Translations under genes and position numbers: made by a program
DNA from: Pirellulaceae bacterium
Lineage (GTDB): Bacteria > Planctomycetota > Planctomycetia > Pirellulales > Pirellulaceae
DNA: 64,000 nt
NCBI GenBank assembly: GCA_019636375.1
Contig: JAHBXS010000002.1
Span: 149,621-213,620, forward strand
Reading direction: 5' to 3'
Shown: piece after piece, positions 28,501 to 37,497 of the stretch
Position numbering within the stretch: position 1 is the stretch's first letter
Layout of the letters: each line of letters begins with the position of its first letter
The notes under the pieces: generated by a model
Database searches by the model: none
The model's input: the letters and a program-made list of their open reading frames with translations, nothing else
What the model was told of the DNA's origin: nothing

Positions 28501-30943
28501 CGATATCGCGGACTTTGTCGACCATCAGGTCGGCGGCAAAGTAGCTGTTGATGGCGTCGAGGGTGTCGAAGCCGCTGACGCGAGTTTGAATGCTGTTGAG
28601 AATCCGGTCGGCGGCGGTGGCCAGCGACATAGCGCGGCGATTGCGAGCCTCGACGAGTTGCAGTTTTCTAGCATCGAAAGCTGAGTAGATTTCGTCTCGC
28701 TTTTCCGCCAACTGAATCACGAAGTCGTCGAATTCGGCAAATCGGCCTTCGATTTCTTCGACTTGGACCATCATCTTGGTCAGGTATTCGTCGCAGCGTT
28801 GCGGCGTGTCGCACACGTCGAGGTAACTGGTGACGGCCTGGCTGAGCAGTTTTAACTGGGCTGCGAACTCCGCCGCACCTTCGACACTTGACAACTCACG
28901 CAACTGCAGCCGCAGGGTCGCGCGGGTTTGATTCAACGAGGCGTAGATGGTCGAGATCGAATCGGTAATCGCCGTACGCTGCGTGGCGTCGTCGATTTTG
29001 AGATTGCTGACGATATCGATCAGCAACTCCAGTTTTCCACTGAGTTCGACGAGCCTCCCATCAAGTTCTCGTCCTGTCACTGCGGTCTGGATTTTTTCAA
29101 TTGCCGCATGTTCTTGTTCGATTTGATCGGCATAAGTCTTAAGTGCCGCCGGTTCGGCCAAGAAATCGACACAACGACGAGCGATTTTTTCGGAGCCTTC
29201 GATGACCCTGGCTTCCCATTCATCGACGGCGGGAAGGTCAACGTATTTAAGGTCCTTGAGAGAGATCAGTTGCCCACGAACGTTTCGTAACTGAGCCAGC
29301 GAATCGACGTATTCTTCCACCGTTTGGTAGCGGCGACGCTCGGCGTGCAGAAGCGTTTCGCGGGCCGTGCGGGTGACGCTGTCAAATTGTTTCTGCGTCG
29401 AGGCGCGGATACTTTGGACTTTGTCGAATTCCGAAATGGCGGCGTTCGCGGTTTGTTTGATCTGTTCGCAGATTTCGGCGATGTTGTAGGCGACAGGTTC
29501 CTTGAGCCAAAAGAAACCGTCCAGGATTTGCTGGGACTTGTTCGTCAAATCGATGTACAGGTCGCCGTAGGTGTCCTCTTTGTCGAGCAGGCCGAGGATT
29601 TCGCTCCCTTCGGCGATGGCCCGCACGATGTCGCGGTTGCCGATTTTGAAGAGTTCAGAATCGGTGCGAGCGTCGAGTCGAAAATTCTGGCCGGTGAAGG
29701 GGGTTTGCCAAATCTGAATCGCATGGTGTTTGCGGGCCGATTCCTCAGAACGGAACACGAGGAGATGCCCGTTGTCGAACAGCGAATAACCTTGGCAACG
29801 TACCGGGGCTTCCATCCGCTGCTCGATCACATTGTACGACGCCAGCAGGTAATCGCCCGACCCCGACTGGTGAAAAACGAACAGGTGATCTTCGCCGTTG
29901 GATGACGTGATTCGCTTTTCGAAATGAAAATCACTCGCGTCGGAATCAAACGTGCGGTAAGTGCCGAACTGCGTGTAGAACCCGGTGGGAAAAATGATAC
30001 CGTGGTCTTCGGGGAGGAGAACACAGGCTTGCTCAATGGAGTCTTGCCGCAGGATATGGTGGTTCTTGCGGTTGTAGATGAAATAGCGGAACTTCGGCTC
30101 GCGAAAGGGGCGGATCTTGAGCAGCACCAAGTTGCCGACAATCGCATAGAAGATTTCTGCATCGTCCAGCGTTTGATCGAGATCGTCGACCGGTTCGGCG
30201 TAAATCCCCTGCCCTTCGTCGGTGTTGTCTTCGATCTTGATCGTCAAGTCGCCACCGATCGTCTCTACAAACAAGATGTCTTCCACCGAGATGTGGGGGT
30301 GTTTGCCTTGCCGATGCAAGTCGCGATGGGTTCGCTTCCAAGTAAACTCGTGTTGCGGCGGTGAGCGGACCTCGTGTTCGCTGCGGTTATCGATGTACTG
30401 CAACCGCCCGTCGGTGATCACCCATTTGAAGACCTTGATGTCTCCGGCCGATTTCCCAACCTGAAAGATCATGTACAGGTTGGGATAAGCCAAATGGAAT
30501 TTGATGAACTGGGTGGCCGAGTAGTATTTGTAAAGTTGCTGGAACTCCAAAAGAAACCTGGAATCATCGAGCAAACTCAAATCCGCTTCGTGAAACGTCT
30601 CGTCGGCGAAACGAAAGACGCTGAAGACATCGGCGACGTTGGTTTCTGTTTTTAGGCCGAGATGGACATTGAAGCCGAAAAGAAAATGTTCTCCGACCGG
30701 GACCAGATCGCGAGCGACGCAATTGTGCTCGGTGGAGACTTGCTCGGTTGCCAGCAGCCTTGTCGGGATCGCTCCGAAGACATCGCGGCGGGCCTGGTTG
30801 AGCTGGTCCAGCCGACGACGCAGTTCCCCACCGGCCTGCTGCAATCGGTTGCGAATGATTTCGTAAGTCGATTGCTCAAGGCCAATGGCCGGTTCGGGGG
30901 GGGCTGCGGGAGCCGTCGTTTTGTTGCGTCCGGATTTCGCCAT
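25565..30943 (-). CDS. Giant 1792-aa protein with a C-terminal MoxR/AAA_5-type AAA+ ATPase module. The N-terminal 1250 aa have unknown function.
   Basis: Walker A LLLVISPPGYGKTTLMEYV, Walker B MIYVDDIQ, and sensor-1-like VVMAGNPY typical of the AAA_5/MoxR subfamily. Lies 27 nt downstream of the flotillin gene. Confidence 0.8.
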   Translation of the reverse strand: MAKSGRNKTTAPAAPPEPAIGLEQSTYEIIRNRLQQAGGELRRRLDQLNQARRDVFGAIPTRLLATEQVSTEHNCVARDLVPVGEHFLFGFNVHLGLKTETNVADVFSVFRFADETFHEADLSLLDDSRFLLEFQQLYKYYSATQFIKFHLAYPNLYMIFQVGKSAGDIKVFKWVITDGRLQYIDNRSEHEVRSPPQHEFTWKRTHRDLHRQGKHPHISVEDILFVETIGGDLTIKIEDNTDEGQGIYAEPVDDLDQTLDDAEIFYAIVGNLVLLKIRPFREPKFRYFIYNRKNHHILRQDSIEQACVLLPEDHGIIFPTGFYTQFGTYRTFDSDASDFHFEKRITSSNGEDHLFVFHQSGSGDYLLASYNVIEQRMEAPVRCQGYSLFDNGHLLVFRSEESARKHHAIQIWQTPFTGQNFRLDARTDSELFKIGNRDIVRAIAEGSEILGLLDKEDTYGDLYIDLTNKSQQILDGFFWLKEPVAYNIAEICEQIKQTANAAISEFDKVQSIRASTQKQFDSVTRTARETLLHAERRRYQTVEEYVDSLAQLRNVRGQLISLKDLKYVDLPAVDEWEARVIEGSEKIARRCVDFLAEPAALKTYADQIEQEHAAIEKIQTAVTGRELDGRLVELSGKLELLIDIVSNLKIDDATQRTAITDSISTIYASLNQTRATLRLQLRELSSVEGAAEFAAQLKLLSQAVTSYLDVCDTPQRCDEYLTKMMVQVEEIEGRFAEFDDFVIQLAEKRDEIYSAFDARKLQLVEARNRRAMSLATAADRILNSIQTRVSGFDTLDAINSYFAADLMVDKVRDIVRQLLELDETVKVDELQSRLKTIREDAARQLRDRQELFVDGQNLIQFGQHKFTVNVQPLDLAIVAQDNRLCFHLSGTNFIEPINSAELDGLQRLWDQAVVSENRQVYRGEYLAWLIFQAGQGSEKGEAPTAANQLTIDQLAQLDDAELLAEVQRFMAPRYADGYLKGVHDHDAALILKTLLSLHQSLGWLRYEPGCRALANLTWSWLRTSPNRAAERERLVTRIESQRTARSLLNQEIGRSTLVAALRRQVEAFLGECPIAIGHAQAAAEFLYVQLADQQRPLSQTAATIVKKFQQRTEAKDSGSLISDAFRKLPFLNQMEDAMDWLSALVSAQSIEAKRGELWEAVAVLLDSDTTPRQTVSAQPQRELTGLLGDHTRLQAKPFVVDFYEFTARLDRFTIEEVPAFEHFQEVKSQALAARREELRLQEFKPRVLTSFVRNKLINDVYLPLIGNNLAKQLGAAGEQKRTDRNGLLLVISPPGYGKTTLMEYVANRLGLTFVKINGPALGHHVTSLDPDEAPNASAREEVLRLNLALEMGDNVMIYVDDIQHTNPEFLQKFISLCDATRRIEGVYQGRPKTYDLRGRKVCVVMAGNPYTESGEKFQIPDMLANRADTYNLGDVIGGNQHLFELSYIENAITSSPSLSRLVTHGWDDVYAILSMAQGTGGQEVSLQGNYAIDEINEFVTVMRRLLQIRDQLLRINRQYIDSAAQADAFRTEPRFQLQGSYRDMNKLAERIVALMNDEEIEVLVRSHYENQAQTLTTGAEANLLKFRELTGTLHGDDLQRWNDIKRTFQRNQVLGSVDRDDATGQIIGQMALFSEGLGAIERAVQQGTRALATPENETQPLQQLLLAQVGQSVSELAKLNETLEQLRGIAESSAQSARTAQDEAASGRRQPIHIVNRVPRAFLDVVKHQFDVLERWIEPLQKLADIWPAANELARSAKITRETYAQIVDQLAERISDDPSEVLEIDDPQDND

Positions 30944-30970
30944 CGGAGGGGGTACCTAGCGTCAAGCGAA

Positions 30971-33031
30971 TTATGGTTTTGCGTGTGGTTTGGCACCTGT
31001 CAATCGCAGACTGGACGCCTTTTGATCGGCCAGCCCCAATTGACGAACGCCATCGAGCAGTCGCTGGAGTTGGCTGCGTCCCGATTCATCGGCTCCTTGC
31101 ATGAGTTGCAGGATCAGGGTTGCGATGGAAAGGTTTTTCAAGTCCGCTGAGGAAATCCCCACCATATCGACGTACTCTTGGAGTCGGCCTTTGATTTGCG
31201 AGAAGTCGCCGGTGAACAACGAGTCTTTGACATCGCTGAGGACCTGGCTCCCCTCGACCAGGCGATCAACCTGTTTACCGGCAGTAATCGAGCGAACCAG
31301 ACTGTCGAAGAACTGGTTGTCGCCGCCGACGATATCGATTTTGGCGGTGCGAAGCGCCTCGCCCAACATGCGGGCTTGGGCCTCGGCAATCGCCTTTTGG
31401 ATATTGATCGCTTCGAGTTCGACTTCTTTGTCTTTGTTGAGTCGCAATTTGAATTCTTCATGCTCGCGACCAACGCCGTCGAAGAGTTTCATCGCTTCGG
31501 CCTTGTCGGTGATCCCCTTGGCCTCGGCGGCAAACTTAAGTTCGGCAACGTGAGCCTCGGCTTGGCCTTCTTTCTCGATAGCCTGAGCCAGGGCTTGTTT
31601 TCCGGTCGCTTCGGCTTCGAGTTTTCGTTGGAGGACTTCCGCTTCGGCCAGTCCTGTGGCAGCGGATTCCACGCGAACGGCATCGGCCAACATTTTCTTG
31701 GCCTCCATCTCTCGTTCGGCGGCAGTCTTTTGCGCCTCGGCCCGGATGATGATCGTCTCGGCCTGGAAATTGGCGGCTTGTTTTTCAGCCTCGGCAGCTT
31801 TGATTTCTTGCACGAGGGCCTGTTGAGCTCGTTCTTCGGCCTCGGTGATTGCGACCCGTTTTTTACGGTCGGCGGTCGCGTACTCTTGCGTGTCTTTGAT
31901 CCGTTCTTCTTCCTCCACCACCGCTCGTTCGACGATGACTCGTTCGCGGATCACGTCTTGGATGTGCTTCTTCTCGACTTCGACCGCCTTGTCTTTTTCG
32001 ATTTGGGCGAGGGTCACGATACGTTCGCGTTCGGTGACTTCCAAGTCGCGGTCCTTGGTAACACGTTCTGTCTCAACGGCATCGGTACGTTCTTTGTTCT
32101 TTGCCGCGACGATGATGGTGCGCAGGCGATTTTCGTCGGCCACTGAGATTTCTTCGTCGGCAGCGATGCGAGCAAGTTCGGCTCGTTGACGCTCTTGGTT
32201 CTCGACGACTTGAGCCTCAGCCCGTTGACGCGCTTTGATTTCGGCGATTTCGCGGGCTTGTTTTTCTTCCGCCTCGGCCTGTTGGCGTTGCAGGGCCAGG
32301 ATCGCCTCGCGAGCTTCGACGTCTTGTTTCTCAACAGTCTTTTCCCGCTCGCGGCGGATGAAGTTCGTGCGAATTTGCTCCTGGGCGGTCAGGTCGGTAA
32401 TTTTCTTGATCCCTTCCGCGTCGAGGACGTTGTCGGCGATCAGGAACTCGAGCGGCGTTTGCTCCAAGCCATCAATAGCCACGTCATCCAGGACGTAACC
32501 GTTGAGGTCAGTGCCGATGATCTTAATGATCTCTTCGCGGAACTTTTCGCGGGCGGTATAAAGTTCAACAAAGTCGAACTTTTTGCCAACCGTTTTCAAA
32601 GCTTCAGAAAACTTTGGCTCGAAGAGAGCGATCAAGGCTTTTTCCTCCGAAGCCCGACGGCAACCGAGGAATTGAGCAACCTTTTGCACGTCTTCCGGGG
32701 TCTTGTTCACGCGGACAAAGAAGGCGACTTTGATGTCGGCCCGAATGTTGTCTTGGCAAATCAAGCCATCCGACCCGCGGCGGTCGATCTCGATCCGCTT
32801 GACCGAAATGTCCATCAACTCCGTGCGATGAATCAGCGGAATATCGAACAACCAAGTGAATTTTACTACGGTGCCGCCGACACCGTTGCGGACGAGGGCG
32901 GTCCCCTGTTCGACCTTTTTCATGCAGCGGACGGCCAGGGCGGCAAGCCCCACCAGGATGATGACAACAAAAATGGCGGTCATCACCAGTGTGTTTTGTA
33001 GATTACCTTCGGCGAGAATTGACTCGTACAT
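30971..33031 (-). CDS. Flotillin-like SPFH/band-7 domain protein with a long Ala/Glu-rich coiled coil (686 aa).
   Basis: N-terminal TM helix. SPFH core (ALVRNGVGGTVVKFTWLFDIPLIHRTELMDISVKRIEI...). Extended EA-rich heptad region typical of flotillins. Confidence 0.85.
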   Translation of the reverse strand: MYESILAEGNLQNTLVMTAIFVVIILVGLAALAVRCMKKVEQGTALVRNGVGGTVVKFTWLFDIPLIHRTELMDISVKRIEIDRRGSDGLICQDNIRADIKVAFFVRVNKTPEDVQKVAQFLGCRRASEEKALIALFEPKFSEALKTVGKKFDFVELYTAREKFREEIIKIIGTDLNGYVLDDVAIDGLEQTPLEFLIADNVLDAEGIKKITDLTAQEQIRTNFIRREREKTVEKQDVEAREAILALQRQQAEAEEKQAREIAEIKARQRAEAQVVENQERQRAELARIAADEEISVADENRLRTIIVAAKNKERTDAVETERVTKDRDLEVTERERIVTLAQIEKDKAVEVEKKHIQDVIRERVIVERAVVEEEERIKDTQEYATADRKKRVAITEAEERAQQALVQEIKAAEAEKQAANFQAETIIIRAEAQKTAAEREMEAKKMLADAVRVESAATGLAEAEVLQRKLEAEATGKQALAQAIEKEGQAEAHVAELKFAAEAKGITDKAEAMKLFDGVGREHEEFKLRLNKDKEVELEAINIQKAIAEAQARMLGEALRTAKIDIVGGDNQFFDSLVRSITAGKQVDRLVEGSQVLSDVKDSLFTGDFSQIKGRLQEYVDMVGISSADLKNLSIATLILQLMQGADESGRSQLQRLLDGVRQLGLADQKASSLRLTGAKPHAKP

Positions 33032-33037
33032 GGCTAG

Positions 33038-33652
33038 TTATCCTACAGGTTTAGGAATGCGTACAACAAACAAATCTTTCACGGGTTCATATTCGGTGAT
33101 CTCAACAACTTCCCCTTTAATGGGGCGGTGCCCGTAGCTCCGTGCATTGAACACGAGCGGCGGGCCGTCTTGCTGGATCGAAATTTGACCAAATTCATCG
33201 GTGATTTCACTGGTCTGCACCACCGCCAACCGTCCGACAAAATGTGCTTTGTCGTGAGACTGCGCCGGTGATAGTTTTTTGAAAATCGTCACGGTGGGAA
33301 ACAAGATCAACTTGGTCACCAACAGGCTTGCGATCAGGTTCGGAATCAAAAAGTAAACCACCACCCAACCGCTCAGATTCGGGTTGAAGTAGTGATTGCT
33401 CATGATCGTTGTGGCCCAAAAAAAGAGCACAAACAACGACACGACCAACATGATTGGAACGTCACCCAAGTGGAGAAATTTAAATCCTGCCACCCAACCG
33501 TCGCCAGCATCAGACCCATCAAGATCGATATCGAACAAGTCACCTCCCAGCACCCCGATGATCGCCAACAGCCAATAGGCCAAGACGACCAACAGCAACA
33601 TGGTCGGCACCAGATTGACTGGTTGAAACATTTCGAAAATCAAATTGATCAT
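33038..33652 (-). CDS. NfeD-like membrane protein (short form, YuaF/YqiJ-like), C-terminal OB-fold (204 aa).
   Basis: Three to four TM helices then a beta-barrel-like C-terminus (GRLAVVQTSEITDEFGQISIQQDGPPLVFNARSYGHRPIKGEVVEITEYEP). A 6-nt gap to the flotillin gene, the classic NfeD-flotillin pairing. Confidence 0.7.
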   Translation of the reverse strand: MINLIFEMFQPVNLVPTMLLLVVLAYWLLAIIGVLGGDLFDIDLDGSDAGDGWVAGFKFLHLGDVPIMLVVSLFVLFFWATTIMSNHYFNPNLSGWVVVYFLIPNLIASLLVTKLILFPTVTIFKKLSPAQSHDKAHFVGRLAVVQTSEITDEFGQISIQQDGPPLVFNARSYGHRPIKGEVVEITEYEPVKDLFVVRIPKPVG

Positions 33653-33795
33653 CTCGTTTCCAACTCCCGCTGCTTCAGATTAGGACGAAATTCAAGACAT
33701 GGGCCATAATTTGCAACCTATTCGGTGAATGTCGCAAAATATTGCGGTCTTATGAGAAACAATTGTAACGATTTCGCCGCTAAAATGCCTTGTAT

Positions 33796-33952
33796 CCGTT
33801 CACGGAGTGAACGGCCACGTAGCTTTTCACTCCGTGAAAAGGCGGAAACACCGAAGGAGCATACCAAAACAAACTCGCGGACATTAGATTCGTCAACGCG
33901 GGAACTGGTTGTGTTCGAATGTCGATTCCGTGAACGGTTGCAATGCCTTTTT
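33796..33952 (+). promoter_or_regulatory. Structured leader of thiD. Overlapping, mutually exclusive hairpins are built from copies of CCGTGAACGG/TTCACGGAG, followed by a T-tract. Candidate attenuator or uncharacterised riboswitch-like element.
   Basis: ccgttcac[gga]gtgaacgg at 33796-33814; cggagtgaa...ttcactccg at 33804-33834; ttcac[tcc]gtgaa at 33826-33838; tccgtgaacgg at 33927-33937; cctttttt at 33945-33952. Confidence 0.4.
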
Positions 33953-33972
33953 TCGATTTCCGGAGTTCGTAA

Positions 33973-34809
33973 ATGTCTTTGCCGATACACCGCGACACCC
34001 CCATTCCCAACGTTTTGACGATTGCCGGCTCAGACCCATCGGGTGGAGCAGGAATTCAAGCGGACTTAAAAACCTTCGCCGCCTATCGAGTTTATGGGGG
34101 TGCCGTGTTGACAGCCCTTACTGCTCAGAATACTTGCACCGTTTCGGCTGTCCACCTGCCGCCCCCAGATTTTGTTCGACAACAACTCGAAACCCTGTTC
34201 AGCGACGTGGCGATTTCGGCGATCAAGGTCGGCATGGTCGCGACTTCTGACATCGCAGCCGTCGTCGCCGAGAGTCTAAAACGATGGCGCGCCGAGCATC
34301 CGTTGGGCGTGATCGTCGTCGATCCGGTGATGGTTTCCAAAGGAGGCGACTCACTGGTCGATGAGCAAGCGGTAGCCACCATTCGCGAGCAGTTGATTCC
34401 TCTCGCAGACTTGATCACCCCGAACTTGCATGAAGCCGGAGTGTTGCTGAGTAGAAAGCTCGATGGCAATCAAGGAGAACTCCGTCAAGTCGCCGAGCAA
34501 CTTTTGGGACTTGGTAGCAAAGCGGTCTTGGTCAAGGGTGGCGGCGGTCACGGCCCCGAGTCCATCGACATATTCAGTGATGGCGACCACACGGAATCTC
34601 TCATCTCAGAACGAATTCCAACACGTCACACGCACGGCACTGGTTGCACCCTTTCCGCCGCCATCACTGCCGGAGCCGCATTGGGCAACCCACTCCTTGA
34701 GTCGTCTCGCCAAGCCAAGCACTACCTCACCGCCGCGATCCACTCCGCCCCCACCCACCTCCGCGTCGGCCACGGCAACTTACCACTCGATCATCAGGTT
34801 AAACCGTAA
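33973..34809 (+). CDS. thiD: Hydroxymethylpyrimidine/phosphomethylpyrimidine kinase
   Basis: LTIAGSDPSGGAGIQADLKTF...VKGGGGH...HGTGCTLSAAI are canonical ThiD/PdxK ribokinase-fold motifs. Confidence 0.9.
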   Translation: MSLPIHRDTPIPNVLTIAGSDPSGGAGIQADLKTFAAYRVYGGAVLTALTAQNTCTVSAVHLPPPDFVRQQLETLFSDVAISAIKVGMVATSDIAAVVAESLKRWRAEHPLGVIVVDPVMVSKGGDSLVDEQAVATIREQLIPLADLITPNLHEAGVLLSRKLDGNQGELRQVAEQLLGLGSKAVLVKGGGGHGPESIDIFSDGDHTESLISERIPTRHTHGTGCTLSAAITAGAALGNPLLESSRQAKHYLTAAIHSAPTHLRVGHGNLPLDHQVKP

Positions 34810-35196
34810 CTTCTGAATTTTTATGCCACTAACAAGTCTAAACCCCGTGGTTGTTTTGCTGCTGCAATGCTCTTCAAAATTTAGCGGTGAGGCAGACCGT
34901 CGAAGAACCACAGATCGTATCAATCGTCGCTCACTACAAGTCGATATTTCTAACAAACCCTCAAACCCTGCTCAACAATCTTTCTGTGTCGTTGGCAATC
35001 AACAAAAGCAAGAATTCATAATCGGATTTGATCGCCAGATTGACACGGGGCTTGAAGCGGAGACAATTTGGGGTAGTGAATATCGCTGGGAGGCGTTGGG
35101 GAGACAGACCTGCGGACACGCTAGCGCTGGCAGTGGACGACACTGTTTTTTACACAACCAAAATTTAACTCTACAACCAAAATCCGGGAGCATGAT

Positions 35197-36243
35197 ATGT
35201 TTCGCTGCATGTTGATTTTTTCGAGTCTGTTCTGCTCGCTGCTTGTTTCGACTCCGCCGGTTCCCTGCTCGCGGATATTGTGGAATGACAACGGGCGGGC
35301 AGTGATTGTTGGCCGGAATATGGATTGGTTTGAAGACATCCGCAGCAACATGTGGATTCTCCCGCGCGGGATGGAACGAGACGGTTTGGCGAACGTCAAT
35401 CCGCTCCGCTGGACGAGCAAGTACGGGAGTGTCGTGATCACGACTTACGATGTCGGGACGGCCGACGGTATCAACGAGAAAGGACTTGCCGGGCATTTGC
35501 TTTATTTGCCGGAGACTTCTGTGGGGGCACGGGATGAATCAGTGCCCGGCCTGAGCATGTCGATGTGGGTACAATATTATTTGGATCAATTCGCCACGGT
35601 TGAGGAAGCGGTGAAGTCGTTTGAGACCAATCCGTTTCAGCTGCGGATGGCCGTCGAACCGTCGAGTATGAAAGCGGCCACGGTGCATATCGCCTTGAAT
35701 GATGCAACCGGCGACTCAGCGATCATCGAGTGCATTGATGGACAAGTCAAAATCTATCACGACCGAAGTTATGTTGTGATGACCAACCAACCGACCTTTG
35801 ACAAGCAGCTTGAGAACCTTCGTCAGTATCGGGGCTTCGGTGGCGACAAGCGACTTCCGGGGACGCATGAAGCGGCCGACCGGTTTGTTCGAGGGGCCTA
35901 TTATGTTAAGAACTTGCCCAAGCCCAATTCAGATCGAGAAGCGATCGCGGCGATGATGAGTGTGATGCGGAATGTTTCGGCACCGTTTGGCATTGCCGAT
36001 CCCGAACGTCCGAACATTTCCACCACCATTTGGCGAACCGTCACCGACTTGACGAACGGAGTCTTGTACTACGATTCCGTCATGAGTCCGCAAATTTTTT
36101 GGGTTGACATTAAAAAGATCAACTTCGCCGCCGATCAACCGGTTCGCAAATTGACCCTGGTGGACAATTTCGACCACTCTGGCGAAGTCTCTGGAAATTT
36201 CGAAGCCACCCAAATGTTCCATTTCCTGGCGCCAGAAGAGTGA
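35197..36243 (+). CDS. Secreted Ntn-hydrolase of the choloylglycine hydrolase / penicillin V acylase (linear amide C-N hydrolase) family, 348 aa.
   Basis: Signal peptide ending ...PPVPC with the nucleophile Cys directly followed by SRILWNDNGRAVIVGRNMDW, the family signature. Confidence 0.8.
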   Translation: MFRCMLIFSSLFCSLLVSTPPVPCSRILWNDNGRAVIVGRNMDWFEDIRSNMWILPRGMERDGLANVNPLRWTSKYGSVVITTYDVGTADGINEKGLAGHLLYLPETSVGARDESVPGLSMSMWVQYYLDQFATVEEAVKSFETNPFQLRMAVEPSSMKAATVHIALNDATGDSAIIECIDGQVKIYHDRSYVVMTNQPTFDKQLENLRQYRGFGGDKRLPGTHEAADRFVRGAYYVKNLPKPNSDREAIAAMMSVMRNVSAPFGIADPERPNISTTIWRTVTDLTNGVLYYDSVMSPQIFWVDIKKINFAADQPVRKLTLVDNFDHSGEVSGNFEATQMFHFLAPEE

Positions 36244-36292
36244 CACTCAGTCGTTTGATTGGCTTTTTTCAAGTGCTTGTTCGTAGGTAGCC

Positions 36293-36637
36293 CTAATTCT
36301 CCGTTTTGCGGAGTTCAATCAAAATCGCCGATAAGTTTTTTATGAGATCGATCAGTCCTTCGTAGTCGTCGGGTTCGACACCCATCGATTTGGCAAACGC
36401 AGCGAATGACCCATTGGTCTCGGCGGCTACTTCTTGCATGTGCAGGGCCTGGGAACGGCCTACGGTCTCAACAAGAGCCTTGCCGACCACCCACTGGTAT
36501 TGCTCTTCATCCGTCGCGACTTTGGGGGGTGAAACGCCTCGAATCGCGCGAACTTCCGGGGCTTCACTACTGGGAACCACGCTGACAATAAAGTCATCAC
36601 TAAATCGATCCCTGTTCCTCGGCTTCTTGTCTGTCAT
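36293..36637 (-). CDS. Hypothetical protein (114 aa).
   Basis: ORF with coding-like composition only. Confidence 0.4.
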   Translation of the reverse strand: MTDKKPRNRDRFSDDFIVSVVPSSEAPEVRAIRGVSPPKVATDEEQYQWVVGKALVETVGRSQALHMQEVAAETNGSFAAFAKSMGVEPDDYEGLIDLIKNLSAILIELRKTEN

Positions 36638-37029
36638 CTAATTATCCAGCGGAAACGAGTCGTCTTGAAGGATATTAGTATAACATAAATCATTGGAAAA
36701 TTCAACCGTCTAGCCTTCTGAGACTTTGGTCATCAAGTCGTTTCGTTGGCTCATTCTGTAGGGCGAATTGCTATTCCGCTTTTTGTCTTCGCCATAGGCA
36801 CCGGTTCTCCAAGTGAAGTCTCGACTTTGGACTGCAAGACTGTTTTGGTAGAAGTGAAACTGGATTAGACAAAACAAAAGCAGTCTTTTATTGCGTCCCT
36901 CACCCAACCCTTTTTCTCAACAATCGTAAGCGCGTGAGGACGAGTCAAAAGCCTGTACAAACGCGCTGGCATTTTGTGGAGAGAGAGGGCTCTTCGATAC
37001 GCCGCATTTTTGTTAGGTCAGGTGAAAGG

Positions 37030-37330
37030 TGAAGCTCCCCCGGATGAAATCCGGGGGCATCGGGAGTTTCGGGGTTCCGGTCGTTGGTGCGTCTGCTGTT
37101 TAGGTGGGTGGTAACGATCCCCCGGTTAAAAAACCTGGGGCATTCTCTTAACCCGCTAGCTCTCGCAGAATCTTGGACATCCGTTGAACCGAGGGCGTTC
37201 GCGGAACGGGCTAGGTGGAGAGCGGGAAGCCCCCGGATTTTATCCGGGGGAGGGTCACTTTCAGCTTAATGAGAGGCGATAACGAACGCGCTAGGAATGC
37301 CCCTGGGTTTTTAACCGGGGGTTTTTTACC
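37030..37330. repeat. Cluster of four GC-rich hairpins. Two are near-identical (cccccggat-NNN-atccggggg at 37037-37057 and 37230-37250). Two are mutually inverted (cccccggttaaaaaacctgggg at 37119-37140 and cccctgggtttttaaccggggg at 37300-37321). Candidate structured ncRNA or REP/MITE-like element directly 3' of tRNA-Leu.
   Basis: Direct reading of both strands. The roughly 500-bp gap 36910-37415 has no plausible ORF. Confidence 0.55.
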
Positions 37331-37414
37331 TCTAAGCCTTGCTCGCACCCATTTCAATGCGTCTTCCGGTTTGTTGCTCGATAGGTAGGGAGGGGCATGG
37401 CAAAGAGCCCCAAA

Positions 37415-37497
37415 TAGCGGTGAGAGGAGTCGAACCTCCACGTCCATTGGACACTTGATTTTGAATCAAGCGCGTCTGCCATTCCGCCACACCGCCG
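37415..37497 (-). tRNA. tRNA-Leu (anticodon CAA), type II with a long variable arm.
   Basis: Reverse complement GGCGGTGTGGCGGAATGGCAGACGCGCTTGATTCAAAATCAAGTGTCCAATGGACGTGGAGGTTCGACTCCTCTCACCGCTA. D-arm, anticodon loop TTCAAAA, long variable stem-loop, T-arm GGAGG-TTCGACT-CCTCT. Closely resembles E. coli tRNA-Leu. Confidence 0.82.

Noticed and set aside
27989-29905. Plus-strand ORFs of 193-231 aa inside the 1792-aa AAA+ gene.
   Set aside because: Antisense frames within a long, motif-supported gene. Typical of GC-rich shadow ORFs.
33660-33972. TPP riboswitch upstream of thiD.
   Set aside because: Conserved TPP aptamer motifs (CUGAGA, ACCUGAUCUGGAUAAUGCCAGCG) are absent. Only a generic attenuator-like structure is seen.
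37000-37340. tmRNA, RNase P RNA, SRP RNA or 6S RNA in the hairpin-rich gap next to tRNA-Leu.
   Set aside because: Could not find the tmRNA tRNA-like ends or tag reading frame, the RNase P P4 motif (AGGAAAGUCCGGGC), or the SRP domain IV consensus. Left as an uncharacterised hairpin cluster.
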